From assembly GCF_009914755.1 (NCBI RefSeq), contig NC_060934.1: DNA of 64,000 nucleotides. One strand, 5' to 3'. Below the pieces are notes generated by a model that saw only the letters and a list, made by a program, of their open reading frames with translations, searched no databases and had not been told where the DNA came from. The position numbers were made by a program, and so were the translations under genes. The DNA comes from the human T2T-CHM13v2.0 reference genome, Homo sapiens. Below, piece by piece: positions 13,207 to 31,220 of this stretch; positions within the stretch are counted from its first letter, which is position 1; every line of letters starts with the position of its first letter.

Positions 13207-14264
13207 CAGGGCTGGTTTCATGGGTGTCTGACCCATGCAGTTGCACAGGGCTGTGGTCTCAGAAGGGCTTCAAACTTGGTTTGATGCTCTGCCGTTACCA
13301 TCTTGAAATTTGTAATAATTTTATCTTTGAATCTGGGCTTTGTCGGTGACGTCGGATAGGGCAGTGCAGCATCTGCGTGAGTAAAGGACGCACGCACAAT
13401 GCCCGCAGCACCTGCCGTTCTCCATTTGCATGTGTATTCATGATGTCCCATGAACCTAGAATTCCCGCAGCGCCCTGTGGGAGCTCAGTGAGACATAAAG
13501 CAAGCACAAGGTAGGTGTGATATGAGTGTGTTACATTTACCACTTAGGAAGCAGGGAACCCACAGCGCCAAGAAGCTACACTTTCCGTTTGAATCAGAAC
13601 TTGTTTTGAATGCAGAAAGAAGGCAATGGTGTTCTAAGAAACCTGAATACCTATTGCGCCCTATCAGATCCCTTCTTACTTGTGTCACTTCCCTGTGTTA
13701 GCCAACCACTATGCTGAAAATGATGACACAGGAGGAAGGAAAAGAGAGGGCAAGCCACAGTTCCTCCTCCTCACACATCAGAAACCTGATTGGTAAATGT
13801 GTTCTTAGAAGAGAAGGGAGTTGGTTGTGTGCAGCATTCCTGCTGCTTAGGTAAGATCAAAATACTCATGTTTGTGTGAGGTACGAAGTGCAAATTGTGT
13901 GATTTTGGTGATTCCACATGTTTGTTAAATGTTCTAATATTTGCATTTAAAATTGGTATTGTGCAATATACAGAAGAGTGGTAAAATTCACACTAATAAT
14001 TTTCTATTTTATTTCTTTTTTTAAACTTAGAATGACAGTAAATATTACTGACGTTGGTGCAAAAGTAATTGTGGTTTTTGCCCTTACTTTTAATAACAAA
14101 TATAATAACACCATGACATGTAGGGCAAGCAAGAGAAATTGCAGGAAAAAAGAAAACGTTTTATATTTTAGCATCTTTAATGACACTTTTTGCCTGTTTT
14201 TTTGAACAAAGTGCTCTGCATTTCATTTTTATACTGGTCCTTGCAAATTCAATGGCCAGCTCTG
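13207..14264 (+). mobile_element. MER45B-like hAT-Tip100 element (~1 kb) containing a MADE1 fragment (~14051-14098)
   Basis: Ends cagggctggtttcatggg... and ...ggccagctctg; internal ttggtgcaaaagtaattgtggtttttg. Confidence 0.8.
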
Positions 14265-14307
14265 AGGCTGAGCTCGTGACTACAAGGAGGTCCATTCCTC
14301 TCTCTTC

Positions 14308-14613
14308 TTTTTTTTTTTTTTTTTTTTTTTTTAAGATGGAGTCTCATTCAGTTGCCCTGACTGGAGTGCATTGGCACGATCTCAGCTTACTGCAGCCTCT
14401 GCCTCCCAGGTTCAAGCGATTCTCTGCCTCAGCCTCCCTAGTAGCTGGGATTACAGGTGCGCTCCACCACACCTGGCTAATTTTTGTATTTTTGGTGGCG
14501 ACGGGGTTTCCCCACGTTGGTCAGGCTGGTCTTAAACTCCTGACCTGAAGTGATCCACCCACCTCGGCCTCCTAAAGTGCTGGGATTACAGGCATGAGCC
14601 ACTGTACCTGGCC
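14308..14613 (-). mobile_element. AluS
   Basis: Full Alu with poly-T; cctctctct flanks both sides. Confidence 0.95.
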
Positions 14614-15428
14614 CCTCTCTCTTTGATTGCATCCTGGACCCTAGATACTTCCACTAGCTGATCTAGTCTGGTGGAGATGCCTTAGTAAGAGGTAGGGTTG
14701 TGAGGTACAAAGAACCCGAGACATGGATTGGTAGACTTGAGTTAGAATTCCATCTCTGGCTAAGTTGCTGTTGACATGCCATCTACCTGCTCAGCACCCC
14801 TGTTTTCTCATTTTAAGAATGGACAGTGATGCCTACTTCTCAGGTAGTTGTGAGGATCATCATCATTGTTATCATCGTTACCAGCAGCAGTGTAGGACAG
14901 GCACAGGAGGGTTAGGAAGGAAAAGGTACAGGCTTGTTGGGACAGATTTGGCAAGGTAATGATTCAAAGGTGGGTAGAGAAACTCACCCACCAATACAAG
15001 GTTGTGGCTACCATTTGATTCTGTGGGCCCAAGAATTAGTCCCCCATCTGTAAAATGGGCACCTACCATTGATTCCCATTTCTGCTCCCACCACCCATTC
15101 TGGGCAATCGCAAAGGGCTGGAAGAATAGCCCAAATAGCAGCTCGCAGTCCCAGACTAAGTCACAAGGGGAAGCCCTAAGAAGGAGATCTACCATTTCCC
15201 AGTCCCAAATTATGTTCAGGTAATTATGCTGATAGGTAGAGCAGGTGAGACAATGTTGATTCATAAATACTTGGTTTACTGGTCCTGGGAGCAATTGTTT
15301 CAGTGGAAAAGTGGGTAGAGTATGTGTATTACCTACAAGTTCTGAGCACACAGGCTCAATTTAACCCCTTTATGGACAGTGCAAATTCTCCCTTTCATGA
15401 GCTTATTCTTTGTTGCACAAACACCTCC

Positions 15429-15807
15429 TGTATTAGTCTGTTCTCACACTGCTATGAAGAACTACCTGAGACTGGGTAATTTATGAAGAAAAGAGGTTTA
15501 ATTGACTCACAGTTCCACAGGCTTAACAGGAAGCATGACTGGGAGGCCTCAGGAAACTTACAATCATGGTGGAAGGTGAAGGGAAGCAAGCACCATCTTC
15601 CCATGGCAGAGAAGGAGAGAGAGAGAAAGGGGGCAAGTGCCACACTTTTAAACCATTAGATCTCGTGAGAAGTCATGATCACGAGAACAGCATGGGGGAA
15701 ATCCACCCCCATGATCCAATCACCTCCCACCAGGTCCCTTCCCTGACATGGTGGGGATTATAATTCCATGTGAGATTTGCGTTGGGACACAGAGCCAGAC
15801 CATATCA
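15429..15807 (-). mobile_element. MSTA/THE1D-type MaLR solo LTR
   Basis: tgtattagtctg...ccatatca with perfect 5-bp TSD cctcc. Confidence 0.92.
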
Positions 15808-16229
15808 CCTCCCAAACTGCTTTTCAGAAAAAGGCAGAGTCACTGTGAAATGAATGAAGCTTCAATCGCTCCCAAGACTCCAGCGACGTGCTCATATTTT
15901 TTGTAAAATTTACAAGGGTAGGATTTGGGCTGTGAGTGGTTATGACTTCTGCTTCTTTCCACTCCAGCTTCTGCGTTGCCATACACTTCTCCTTGTGTGA
16001 GGTGCTGCTGGAGGTTGAGTGCATTTTGGAATCCAGATAAAGGGAGTTGAATGGGGATAATTAGTGGGAGGTATTGCTGTGGATTGTGGTTCTTTCTGCG
16101 ATTTGTGGTTCTTTCTGTGTATAGATATTTCTAGTCACCTTGGCACAGGAGAAGCTTCTAGGACACTCCCGCCAACCACTCTGTGAGTCTCCCTGAGTCA
16201 GGCCTGCAGGTGTGACAACAGAGATTATG

Positions 16230-17385
<1,156 letters not shown>

Positions 17386-17459
17386 CCCTAGAACTTTTCT
17401 CATTGCGTCTCTTTCAAAACCACATATTTCTTCCTTTTTTTCTCTTCCTTTTTAGACAA

Positions 17460-18390
<931 letters not shown>

Positions 18391-18933
18391 TTACTCCACA
18401 TTTAATTAATGTCTCACTTTTTTACTTAGAGCTGTTTCATTAACACATGGAGGGACTTCCATTACACCCGGATTGTAGGGACAAGAATACAGACATTCGT
18501 AGTTGTTTAAGCAACATACTGACACATTCAAACTTGTGTATTCATTCTCTTCAAGCCCTTGACTCTATTTGCTCAAACCCTAACTGTATTCTTGTCTTAT
18601 TTCATCTTTATAGTTTAAAAAATCCAGACAATGTGTAGACCCCTCTCAATATTTTACTGCAGGACAACTTTTTAAGCCAGGAATATTCTATCCACCTCGT
18701 TTTATTTTCATTGGTAGCAATCTAATAGGGCTGTTGTGATTAAATGAGGTATTGTATATCAAATGTATGGCCCATTAGTTCAATAAATATTAGCTAAAAA
18801 AAAAAAGATTGGATGCACTAGTCACACGGGGAGAGCGGCTTCACTTCAGGTCGAAGCCACCAGAGGAATCAACTCCTCCGACACCTTGATTTCAGCTTCC
18901 GCTTTTATGAACTGTGAGAGAATACATTTCTCT

Positions 18934-18979
<46 letters not shown>

Positions 18980-19009
18980 TGTCTGTGCATGTCTCTGTGC
19001 GTGTGTGTG
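18934..19009. repeat. (GT)n microsatellite
   Basis: Long, mostly pure tg run. Confidence 0.97.
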
Positions 19010-19011
19010 GG

Positions 19012-19292
19012 TTTTTTTTTTTTTTTTTTTTTTTGAGCTAGGGTCTCAATTTGTCACCCAGGCTGGAGTGCAGTGGTGCCATCACGGCTCACTGCAGCTT
19101 CAACCTCCTGGGCTCAAATCATCCTCCCACCCCTCCCAAGTAGCTGGGACTACTAATTTTTTAAAAATGTTTTATAGAGACAAGTCCCACTGTGTTGCCC
19201 AGGTTAGTCTCGAACCCCTGGGCTGAAGTGATTCTCCCACTTTGGCCTCCCAAAGTTCTGGGATTACAGGCATAAGCCACCATGCCTGGCCT
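19012..19292 (-). mobile_element. AluJ within an MLT1 LTR remnant (~18840-19355)
   Basis: AluJ-like ctgggctcaaatcatcctccc; MLT1 sequence on both flanks. Confidence 0.85.
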
Positions 19293-19965
19293 AGTTTCTC
19301 TTGCTTTAAGCCACCCAGTTTGTGATAATCTGTTATGGCAGCCCTAGGAAACTTAGACACCAGCTGTCAGGTAAGAAGCCTGAATACCCTGATGCCACAG
19401 TGCTCTGAAGAAGCCCAGGCTGGCTGTGTGAAGAGAGAGAGAGGTGCCCATGTAGCCCTCAGCTTTGCCAAATGAAGAAGTAATCTTGAACATCATCCCC
19501 ATTGGACCCTCAACAGACTCCACCCTCAGCCAACATCCAACTGCAACTCTCTAAGAGGCCTCATGTGACATCAGCCCAGCTAAGTCCAGGCAATGGACGG
19601 AACCATGAGAGATAATAACAAAGATGGTTTGAAGCCACTGAGATCTGTTGTGGTTTGTTTTGTACTAAGGTCTTGATACAAAACCACTGACCATAGCCTT
19701 CTGAAAAATGGGGTCCAGCTCTCCTCATCTTTCTCATAAGAATCAGTTCTCATCCCTCTGCACTCTGGAATTCAGATGAACACCATTCTCTATCTTTTCA
19801 TATGTATAGCAGACGGCTCCCTTCTTCAGTGGGTTTACAACCTGATGGTAGGGGTAAACCATAACTAAAAAAAACTGTTTGGAATTCTTTCTAAACATCA
19901 TGATAACAAATTCAAAATTATATGTCAGGCAAGTGTGACTAAAATGGTTTGTAAAGATGACAAGA

Positions 19966-20327
19966 TGATATGGTTTGGCTGTGTCCCCACCCAAATCTCA
20001 TCTTGAGTTGTAGCTCCCATAATTCCCATGTGTTGTGGGAGGGACCCAGTGGGAGATAATTGAATCATGGGGGCAGTTTTACCTGTACTGTTATTATGGT
20101 AGTGAATAAGTCTCACGTGACCTGATGGTTTTATAAGGGATTTCCCCTTTTGCTTGGCTGTCATTCTGTCTTGTCTGCCGCCATGTAAGATGTGCCTTTT
20201 GCCTTCTGCCATGATTGTGAGGCCTCCCCAGCCACGTGGAAATGCGAGTCCATTAAACCTCTTTTTCTTTATAAATTACCTGGTCTTGGGTATGTCTGTA
20301 TTAGCAGCATGAAAACAGATTAATACA
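19966..20327 (+). mobile_element. THE1 (THE1B/C) solo LTR
   Basis: tgatatggtttggctgtgtccccacccaaatctc...taataca; TSD caaga/gaaga. Confidence 0.95.
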
Positions 20328-23277
20328 GAAGAATTCCCTCTGGGAGAACTCTGAATTTTGAAGGAAGTGATGGGTATGAGTAAGGGGATGAGCTGAAAGG
20401 GCATTCAGAATGGGTATAACGTGGGTTATTATAATATTACATTCCTTTATTGGAGGAACAGACTGAAAGGAAGTTCACTGGACTCAGAGTGGCTGCCATG
20501 GCCAACCCGCCTGGAGAAGATGGGCTATAGGAAGTTCTCTGTGCACGGGTGTCCTTTTTCTGTCTTGTGACCCTATTTCCCTGGCTACTACTGATCAGAC
20601 TAGACCTTCAAGCCCTGGTCAAAGGCCAGTATCTCTGACAAAGATTCAACCCCAGCTCCCTGACCCTCAGGGGTCCACGAATGGCTTTTAGCACATGTGA
20701 ACAACCTAAAATTGTGTGCAAAATTTACTGTTTCCCTTCATGTACTTTTCTGGTAAGCATATCCATAACTTATTACATTATCCATAACTTTTATCACATA
20801 AAAGGGGGGTAGGGCTTGACCCTGGAAGAGAAAAACCAGAATTTAAGGAAACAGAATGAGATCAACAACATGCACATAATGTACATTTATGAAAATGCAC
20901 ACATAATCATGTATTCATTTTGAAAGAGTGCAAACAAGAAGGTGCACATTGAGCACTTTGGAGAGGTTGCCTATGGAGGTGGAGGGGAGGAGGGAAATGG
21001 GAGTGTGGTTTGGAACCAAAAGAAGAAAAAAGAACCAGTATGTAGGTCAGTGGTGGCCTCTCAAGTGACCGGGCTGGAGAACTCTGGTCAATAGGGCACT
21101 CCTCGTTGGAAGACGGCCAACTGACAGATGGAACCCTTTCTCTAGGGAGTTTTTGACTGGAGGCCTTGAGAGTGGTGTGAATGGAAGCAGTTGCAGGATG
21201 AGAGCTGAGCCTGGCAGAGCCCTGGGGAGGGGAGCAGATGCTTGCTTCTGCAGAGGTGACAAGATGGATGGGCTGCCACAGCTTTGCTTGGGTCACTGCA
21301 GCGGCTTGAGCTAATGCAGAGGGAGAAGCTCCCTCATTATACCTCCTTCAGTGCAGTCTTGCTGCAGACCTGGAATGCTGAGAAACGCTCCTAGGACTTG
21401 CATCCTAGGTTGCTTCAAGACAACAGCAGCATAAATAATGTTCAAATGGTGAGGACACTGTGAACCTGTGAATGCAGCAAGGGTGCCAGGGTCTCAGGAA
21501 GTCAAACGCCTACGGGTGTAGACTTTTGGCCTGTTTTTGTGTCCCTGAACCTGGCTGCTTCTCCAGGTAGGCAAACCATAAGGCCTTGTTCGTGCCCATT
21601 GGGTTAATGAAGCTGATTAACATGTATCAGGCTGAATGTCTGCAGAAATAATAGCGCTGCTCTCAGGCTCTCCTAAGCAGCACATCACCTCGCTGTTGTT
21701 GGCAGGAGGTCTGGAGAGAGGCAATATTTTAAAATGGGCTCTGGGTCAAAACAAAAGTTAGATCATTAGGAGAATTGTATTTCCCTGTGGAGGAGCTGGG
21801 GTGCACAGCTGGGATACTGTGTTGGCTCTTGCCCATTTTGAGAAGGAAGGAGACACATTTATACCCACATAAATTATACGTCAGGTTAATGACAAAGTGC
21901 TTATTTCCAGGCTTAATGGAACGGCATGGTTCTAGCCTGTGGCGGCCCTCTGAGGCACTAGCTGCCATTTAAGCATTCTTAATTAGTGGTGTGCTATGAT
22001 GCAGTTTGTTATGAGCTATTCCCAGCTCCCCGGGGTGAGTCCATGTTCCGTAACAACTGCGATTCTCTACTTTTTTTTTTTTTTTTTTTTTAAGTTAAGG
22101 AGTAGTTTGATTCTTTGAAATGTTCTTTTTCAAGAGCATAAACACCACAATAGATCTCAATTTAGTAAAAAAAATACATAATCATTAATGTCACTTATAG
22201 TGGTTGGACAATATGGTCCCATCAAGATGTAGAAGGACCTCATGGTGTGACCTCACCTCCCACTCAAGGAGAAAGGCATAAAAAGGGTAACTCATGGCCT
22301 TTGAGGTCAGTTGGACCGGGGTTTTGTTCTTGTTTTGTTTTTCAGCTGTGTGTCCTTGGAGTAGATTGTAAAAGACTATTACCCAGTACTTGGCACATAT
22401 TGTAGGGTCAATACATCTTGATTGTTATTATAATTAATGTATGAAGCACTCAGTTCAGTGTCTGGTATATGGTAGGAATTCTAACAATGCTCTTACCTTC
22501 CTTCTCTTGCATCTCTGAGAGCTGACTTTTCAGCGTTTGTCTAATCTGGGGAGTCACTGACTCTGGGGGCCAAAATGAAGTCTTACCCTTCACCTGAAGT
22601 GTGAATTCTTAATCTTTAGCATCCTCGCCTTGTGATCTTATAGACCTTCTTGAATACCTAATACATGAGAAATTCACATCTCTCAGAGGCAACCTATTCC
22701 CTCCTTAAGCAGCTCTGAGAAAGGAAATTCAGCTCCATCATGAAAGCTGTCCTCTTGCTCCTGCTCTCATAAAGAATCAACATATGTTTATTGAATAATA
22801 AATATTCATTGTGTAGGAAGAACTAGTGAAGGATACAAAGGAATTTAATCTATGTTTCTTGACCTGAAAGGGGAGTAAAGAATTACACCCAGGGAAAGAT
22901 AAATGAGAATGGAAGGTGGCTTTGACACAGCAGGAGCTGCGGGGACCAGTATCTGCATCCCTGAGCTTCACTGATTAGGATGGCTACAGGAAGGAGGCGA
23001 GGAATTTGGCTTTCTCGATATGACCTGCCAGCAACTCAGGCTCTAATTCAGTGCAGAGAATTATTAAGAAAGCTTTAAAAAATTTATTACTATTTTAAAA
23101 ATTTACCTAAGGATTATGACTGTGGTGTGTCTTAGTCTGGGATTTGTAAAAAACAGGCTGTAAACAAAGTTTAGGTGCTAAAGCAGGGACTGGCACACTT
23201 TGGCCTGTGTCACCTATTTTTGCACAGGCTGTGAGCTAAGAAATCCCACAACTCAGTGATTTAAATCAGGGTTTGGC

Positions 23278-23581
<304 letters not shown>

Positions 23582-23666
23582 TCAGGGTTTGGCAAACTAT
23601 GGCCTAGGGGTCAAATCTAGCCCACTGCCTGTTTTGTACTGCCCATGAACAAATAATAGTTTTTCC

Positions 23667-23972
23667 TTTTTTTCTTTTTTTGAGACAGAGTCTCTCTCTG
23701 TCACCCAGGCTGGAGAGCAGTGGCACGATCTTGGCTCACTGCAACTTCCATCTTAATTGTGAATTATGTTAAAACAATTCACCTGCCTCAGCCTCCCAAG
23801 TAGCTGGGACTACAGGTGCGCTCCACCATGCCCAGGTATTTTTTGTATTTTTAGTGGAGACGGGGTTTTGCCATATTGGCCAGGCTGGTCTCAAACTCCT
23901 GACCTCAGGTGATCTGCCCACCTTGGCCTCCTCAAATGTTGGGATTACAGGCGTGAGCCACCACTCCTGGCT
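23667..23972 (-). mobile_element. AluS
   Basis: Alu consensus with poly-T. Confidence 0.93.
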
Positions 23973-24023
23973 GTGGTTTTTCCATTTTTAAATGGTTGAC
24001 AAAATATTATAAGAAGACTAATA

Positions 24024-26553
<2,530 letters not shown>

Positions 26554-28994
26554 TATTGTGTGACATGTGACTATTTTATGAAATTCAAATGTCTATGCTC
26601 ATAAATAAAGTTTTATTGGAATACAACCATGCCCACTTGCTTACAAATTGTCAGTGGCTGCTTTGGTGCGGGCAATGGTAAAGTTTAGTAGTTGCAGCAC
26701 TGACTGTCTAGCCTGCAAAGCTGGAAATATTTAGCATCTGGCCATTTACAGAGAAAGCTTGCCCTGCTCTGTACTCAAGCTTTATTGAGGGTGAGACCCC
26801 AAAGGGCAAATGTGGGAGGAAGCAAGGAAAGGAAAGACAAGGTCGTGGGTTACAGAGTGCACCAGAGTTGGTAAGAAAACAGCATGTGGGTCAGTCACTG
26901 GACCACAGGTGAGGAATCCCACTGGGGGTTCCATCCAAAGTGGGGAGGGATGGTGAGAGTCTCACCAGCTTGCTCTTTCCTGTCTCTTGGCTTCATCAGC
27001 CAAAGTTCATGCTGTAGGCTGTTAGCACATCTGGGTTGTTTCCTGCTCCCTCCAGGGAGCTGCTGGGGAAGACTAGGCTGCCATGGGTCCTGTCTGGCCA
27101 GTGTGCAGCTGGGTGGACTTTGCCAGTTGATGCCACATGTAGGACACCTTAACTGGTGCCAGCAAAGGTGGTGGTGGCAGAAGCCGGGGCTCTGCAACCA
27201 AGAGACTGGCATGAGCCCTTCTAGGATGGCTCTAGGAAGCAAGAAGGGAGGAAGTGGATGGGCAGGGAGGTTGGAAGGCCTGGGGAGGTTCATAAACTGG
27301 GTTCAGCACATGATGACCCCAAAGAGCTGTAATCAGTTACAGTACTCACCCTCTTGTCAGTTGCAAGAAAAAAATCACATGATGCTTGCTAGAATGAACA
27401 CTACATGAAATTTGGGCACAGAGTGATATTTGAGGTGTTGGGTGGAGTTGAGGTGGTAGAGGTCTTGGTGAGTCTGGGTTTAGGGAATGAGAAAACCTTT
27501 GTAGCTGGAACTCTCCAGTATCTCATGCCCCAGTTATGTCAGAAGAAAAAGGCAAACATTTCCTAAATGGATTTTATTTTTATAGAGCCATCAATTCAAG
27601 TTGCAGTGAAGGGCTGGCTGAGAAGAAGAGATTGGTTTCTCAGGGGCAAGCTCTGGAAATTTGGAAGCTATAGAAGGACGAAAGTTGACTTTTCCCCCCA
27701 GGTACCACTGGGCAGTGCTGGATTGGTCAATAGTGAGCAGAAAGACATAGTAATAAAAGGGTACAGTCATTGTTAGGTAACTTCCTCTTCAAAGGCTCAG
27801 TTTCCCTTATATTAAGTGTGGGATTGAATAGGGTCATCTTTATGTTTGTTTCAAACTCTCACATTTTACACATCCAGAATTCCCAGGTCAAAGCTGTGAC
27901 CCAGGCTGACCCAGCATTCACTCTTTGGCAGTGGGTAAGGTTGATGATGGGACAAAGCATTTTTAGTGCAAGTCAAATTACTTGGGTGATGGTTGCCATT
28001 TCCTGAATTTGATGAGGGAGCCCTAATGCCTAGAGGACTATGTGCTGGCAGCTTCATTTCTTTAGTGGGAAAGTTTTTTGTTAATAAAAGCCAAATCAAA
28101 CAAAAAACAAGTAAAGTTTAAGTACAAAAGCCAATGTGTGTGTGTATTTTTTTTAGATGTTACATAATCCACAGCAATCTGAATGGATTGAAAAGACTTC
28201 ATGGAGATGGTTTATAGTTTTTGCGGTCACCCCTGTTGCCAACACTTGTAAAGTTATAAAATTTAGCAAGGAAAGGCATAGGTTTGCCTGTGTGGCCGAT
28301 AATAAATAAAAAATCTCCCAAACTGAGCTGACAACTAAGAAAGAGAGAGGACAAGCAACACAGAGAAAGAAAACAAAGGATAATGAAAACGGCTCGGGGC
28401 AAACAGGCAACAGTGAAGAGAAAAATTTCCTGCAAAAGACCAAGACCAGGAGCCCTTGTCCTTAAATAAGAGGTAAGCATGGGGGTGGGTGGCAAGAACC
28501 GTTAATCCTGGTGATGGAGGAGGCACTCGTCCCATCCCATTTATAGAAGATGACAGTGATAATAACGATGGCCAATGCTCTTGTGCACTTGTTCTGGGCC
28601 AGGTGTTGGGCCAGGAGCTTCCCAATGCATCCTTGAAATTTCTACCTGATTTTCCTCATCTCTGATACCCAGTGTCATTGGTCTGGATCATGGAACTTAG
28701 CATCTCTGCCTTGTTCTCCTGCTCTTTCACCTGGGCCAGGTTTGTTTCCTCGGTGTCCCTGTGGGTGACCTGATGGGATAATGTGTCTTTCTCATGTGTA
28801 CTGTCCTTCACCCTAGCACAGGGTTAGGCCCAAAATGCATGCTCAAAATGGACTTGATGGAATAGTTAGCAGACTATTTAGCTCATAATGATTCTTGACA
28901 TTAACAGAGGGCTGTGTGCTGAACTCTGTGCTCAGTACTTTATAAGCATAACCTCATTTCATTCTCACAACAGTTTTAGCAGGTATGTTAAAAA

Positions 28995-29858
28995 GTTTTT
29001 AAATTGTAGTAAAAACCACTTACCATAAAATTTACCATTTTAACTATTTTTAGGTGTATAGTTCAGTCATGTTTTAAGTATATTCACATTGTCATGCAAC
29101 AGATCTGCCAAAGTTTTTCATCTTGCAAATATGAAACCTTAGACCCATTAAACAAAACTCCCCATTCCCTTCCCTCCCTATCCCTGGTAACCACCACCCT
29201 ACTTTCTCTTTCTATGAATTTGACTACTTTAGGTACTTCGTATAAGTGGGCTCCTGCAGTATTTGTCTTTTTCTGACAGGCTTATTTCACTTAGCATAAT
29301 GTCCTCAAGCATCATCCATGTTGTAGAATGTATCAGGATTTTCTTTCTTTTTAAGGCTGAATAATATTCCATTGTATGTTGTATTAGCCCATTTTCACAT
29401 GGCTGATAAAGACGTACTCAAGACTGGGTAATTTATAAAAGAAAGAAGCTTAATGGACTCAGAGTTCCACATGGCTGGGGAGGCCTCACAATCATGGTGG
29501 AAGGCAAAGATGGAGCAAAGGCACGTCTTACATGGCAGCCAGCAAAGAGAGAATGAGAACGAAGTGAAAGGGGTTTCCCCTTATAAAACCATCAGATTTT
29601 GTGAGACTTATTCACTACCATGAGAACAGTATGGGGAAACCACCTCTCTGATTCAATTATCTCCTGCTGGGTCCCTCCCACAACACATGGGAATTATGGG
29701 AGCTACAATTCACGATGAGATTTGGGTGGGGACACAGCCAAACCATATCATATGTGTATACCACATTTTGTTTATCCATTCAGCTGTTGATGGACATTTG
29801 GGTTGCTTCCAAGTTTTAGCTATTGTGAATAATGATGCTATGAACATGGATGTGCAAA
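28995..29858 (-). mobile_element. L1MA/MB 3' fragment interrupted by THE1
   Basis: L1 sequence resumes after the LTR. Confidence 0.85.
29380..29750 (-). mobile_element. THE1 (THE1C-like) solo LTR
   Basis: tgtattag...aaccatatca with perfect TSD tatgt. Confidence 0.95.
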
Positions 29859-31004
29859 TTGGAGGTGGGTAATTTTATCTCCTCTTTCCATGTATGGGGC
29901 TGAGGATCAGGGAGGTTATGCTACTTGCCCGAGGTCACAGGCAGGATGTGGTCAACGTGGGTTTTGAACCTGGGTTGACCTGACTCTGCAAATTTTGCTT
30001 GTCACTACTCCTATGCACACTTTTGCTCAGGGCAGCCCCCAAAGGAGGACTGGAGAGCTCTTTTGCAGTTAATGAAGGGCTAAGGTTTATTTGTGGGAAT
30101 TTTTCTCAGGCCCTGGAACTCTCCTGTGCTTTTGCAGAAAACCTATCACCAGAGGCAGTTTAGGAATGAATTGAAGTGGAAATGACACCAATTGCTGTTT
30201 AGGTGGAAGAACAAAGCAACAGAGAAACAGAATTCAAAGGAAGTTGCAGAGGTGATTTAGCACTCCCTTCACTTATTTTTTTAAACATATTATATAAAAG
30301 CATTTCAAAGAGTTCACATAAATGTGTAAACATGTGCAGGCACGCACACATTCAGAAAACAAGACTGTGACTTCTGTAAATAATCCAAGTGATAAATGAC
30401 CTTGGTCTGCGTATATCATAAACCATGACGACAAATTATTGGGACAAGTTTGCTAACAGGTGTGATCTATTTAGCTAAACAGATATTAATTTTCCAGCTC
30501 TTTGACCTGCTGATAAATTACATCCTGTTGGAGATACATCATGACAAGTTACAATAAAAGCTGATGTTGCATGTGATTGTCAAGACACAATTCAAATGAG
30601 ATGATTCTTGCCACATATGTTGTGGTTTGGTTTAGAAACTATCCACAATGTAGGTTTTAAAAAAATGATTTTTGATTTACATGGTAAAGGCATTTTATTA
30701 ATATACTTAAAAATCAACGTATTAGTCCAAATGAGTTGCTCAATATTTGCGGCCATTTACATTTCTGGGCCAGGTTTTGGAATTGTGTCCTGTTTTTTGG
30801 AATGATGCTTTCCTCTGGCACTTCCTGCAGAATCTTTTGACACCACATACCTGCCTTGAAATGTTGCTAGGCTACAAAATCAAGTCCCTCGGGATGGTCT
30901 AAAATACATGTCCCTTTTGTGTGATATATGATCATGATTTGGAGTTTCCAGTGATTGAAAAGCTGCTGTCAATGTGAGCTTATGCTTTTTTCATCTATGA
31001 AAAG

Positions 31005-31220
31005 CAGGTTTCTCAGCCTGGAAGGTGTTGAGACTTTAGCCCATGTAATTTCTTGCTGTGTGCACCCTTCCTGTGCATTGTAGGATGTTTCACATCATCC
31101 CTGGCCTTTACCCACTAGATGCCAATAGCACTCCCCAGTTGTGACAATCAAAAATATCTCCAAACATCACCAAATGTCCCCTGGGGGCAAAAATTGACCC
31201 CTTGATGTCTGCAAACCCCT
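31005..31220 (+). mobile_element. MER20 (hAT-Charlie)
   Basis: ctgtgcattgtaggatgttt...cccactagatgccaatagca...gtgacaatcaaaaat. Confidence 0.88.

Noticed and set aside
14878-15351. 157-aa minus-strand ORF
   Set aside because: No homology recognised; length compatible with chance.
16080-16120. Short direct duplications (ttgtggttctttctg x2; tatccataactt x2 at ~20760)
   Set aside because: Two-copy slippage duplications, not an array or CRISPR-like structure.
26884-27408. Longest ORF (174 aa) and its antisense 132-aa ORF
   Set aside because: No recognisable domain or exon structure; may overlap an old LTR remnant.
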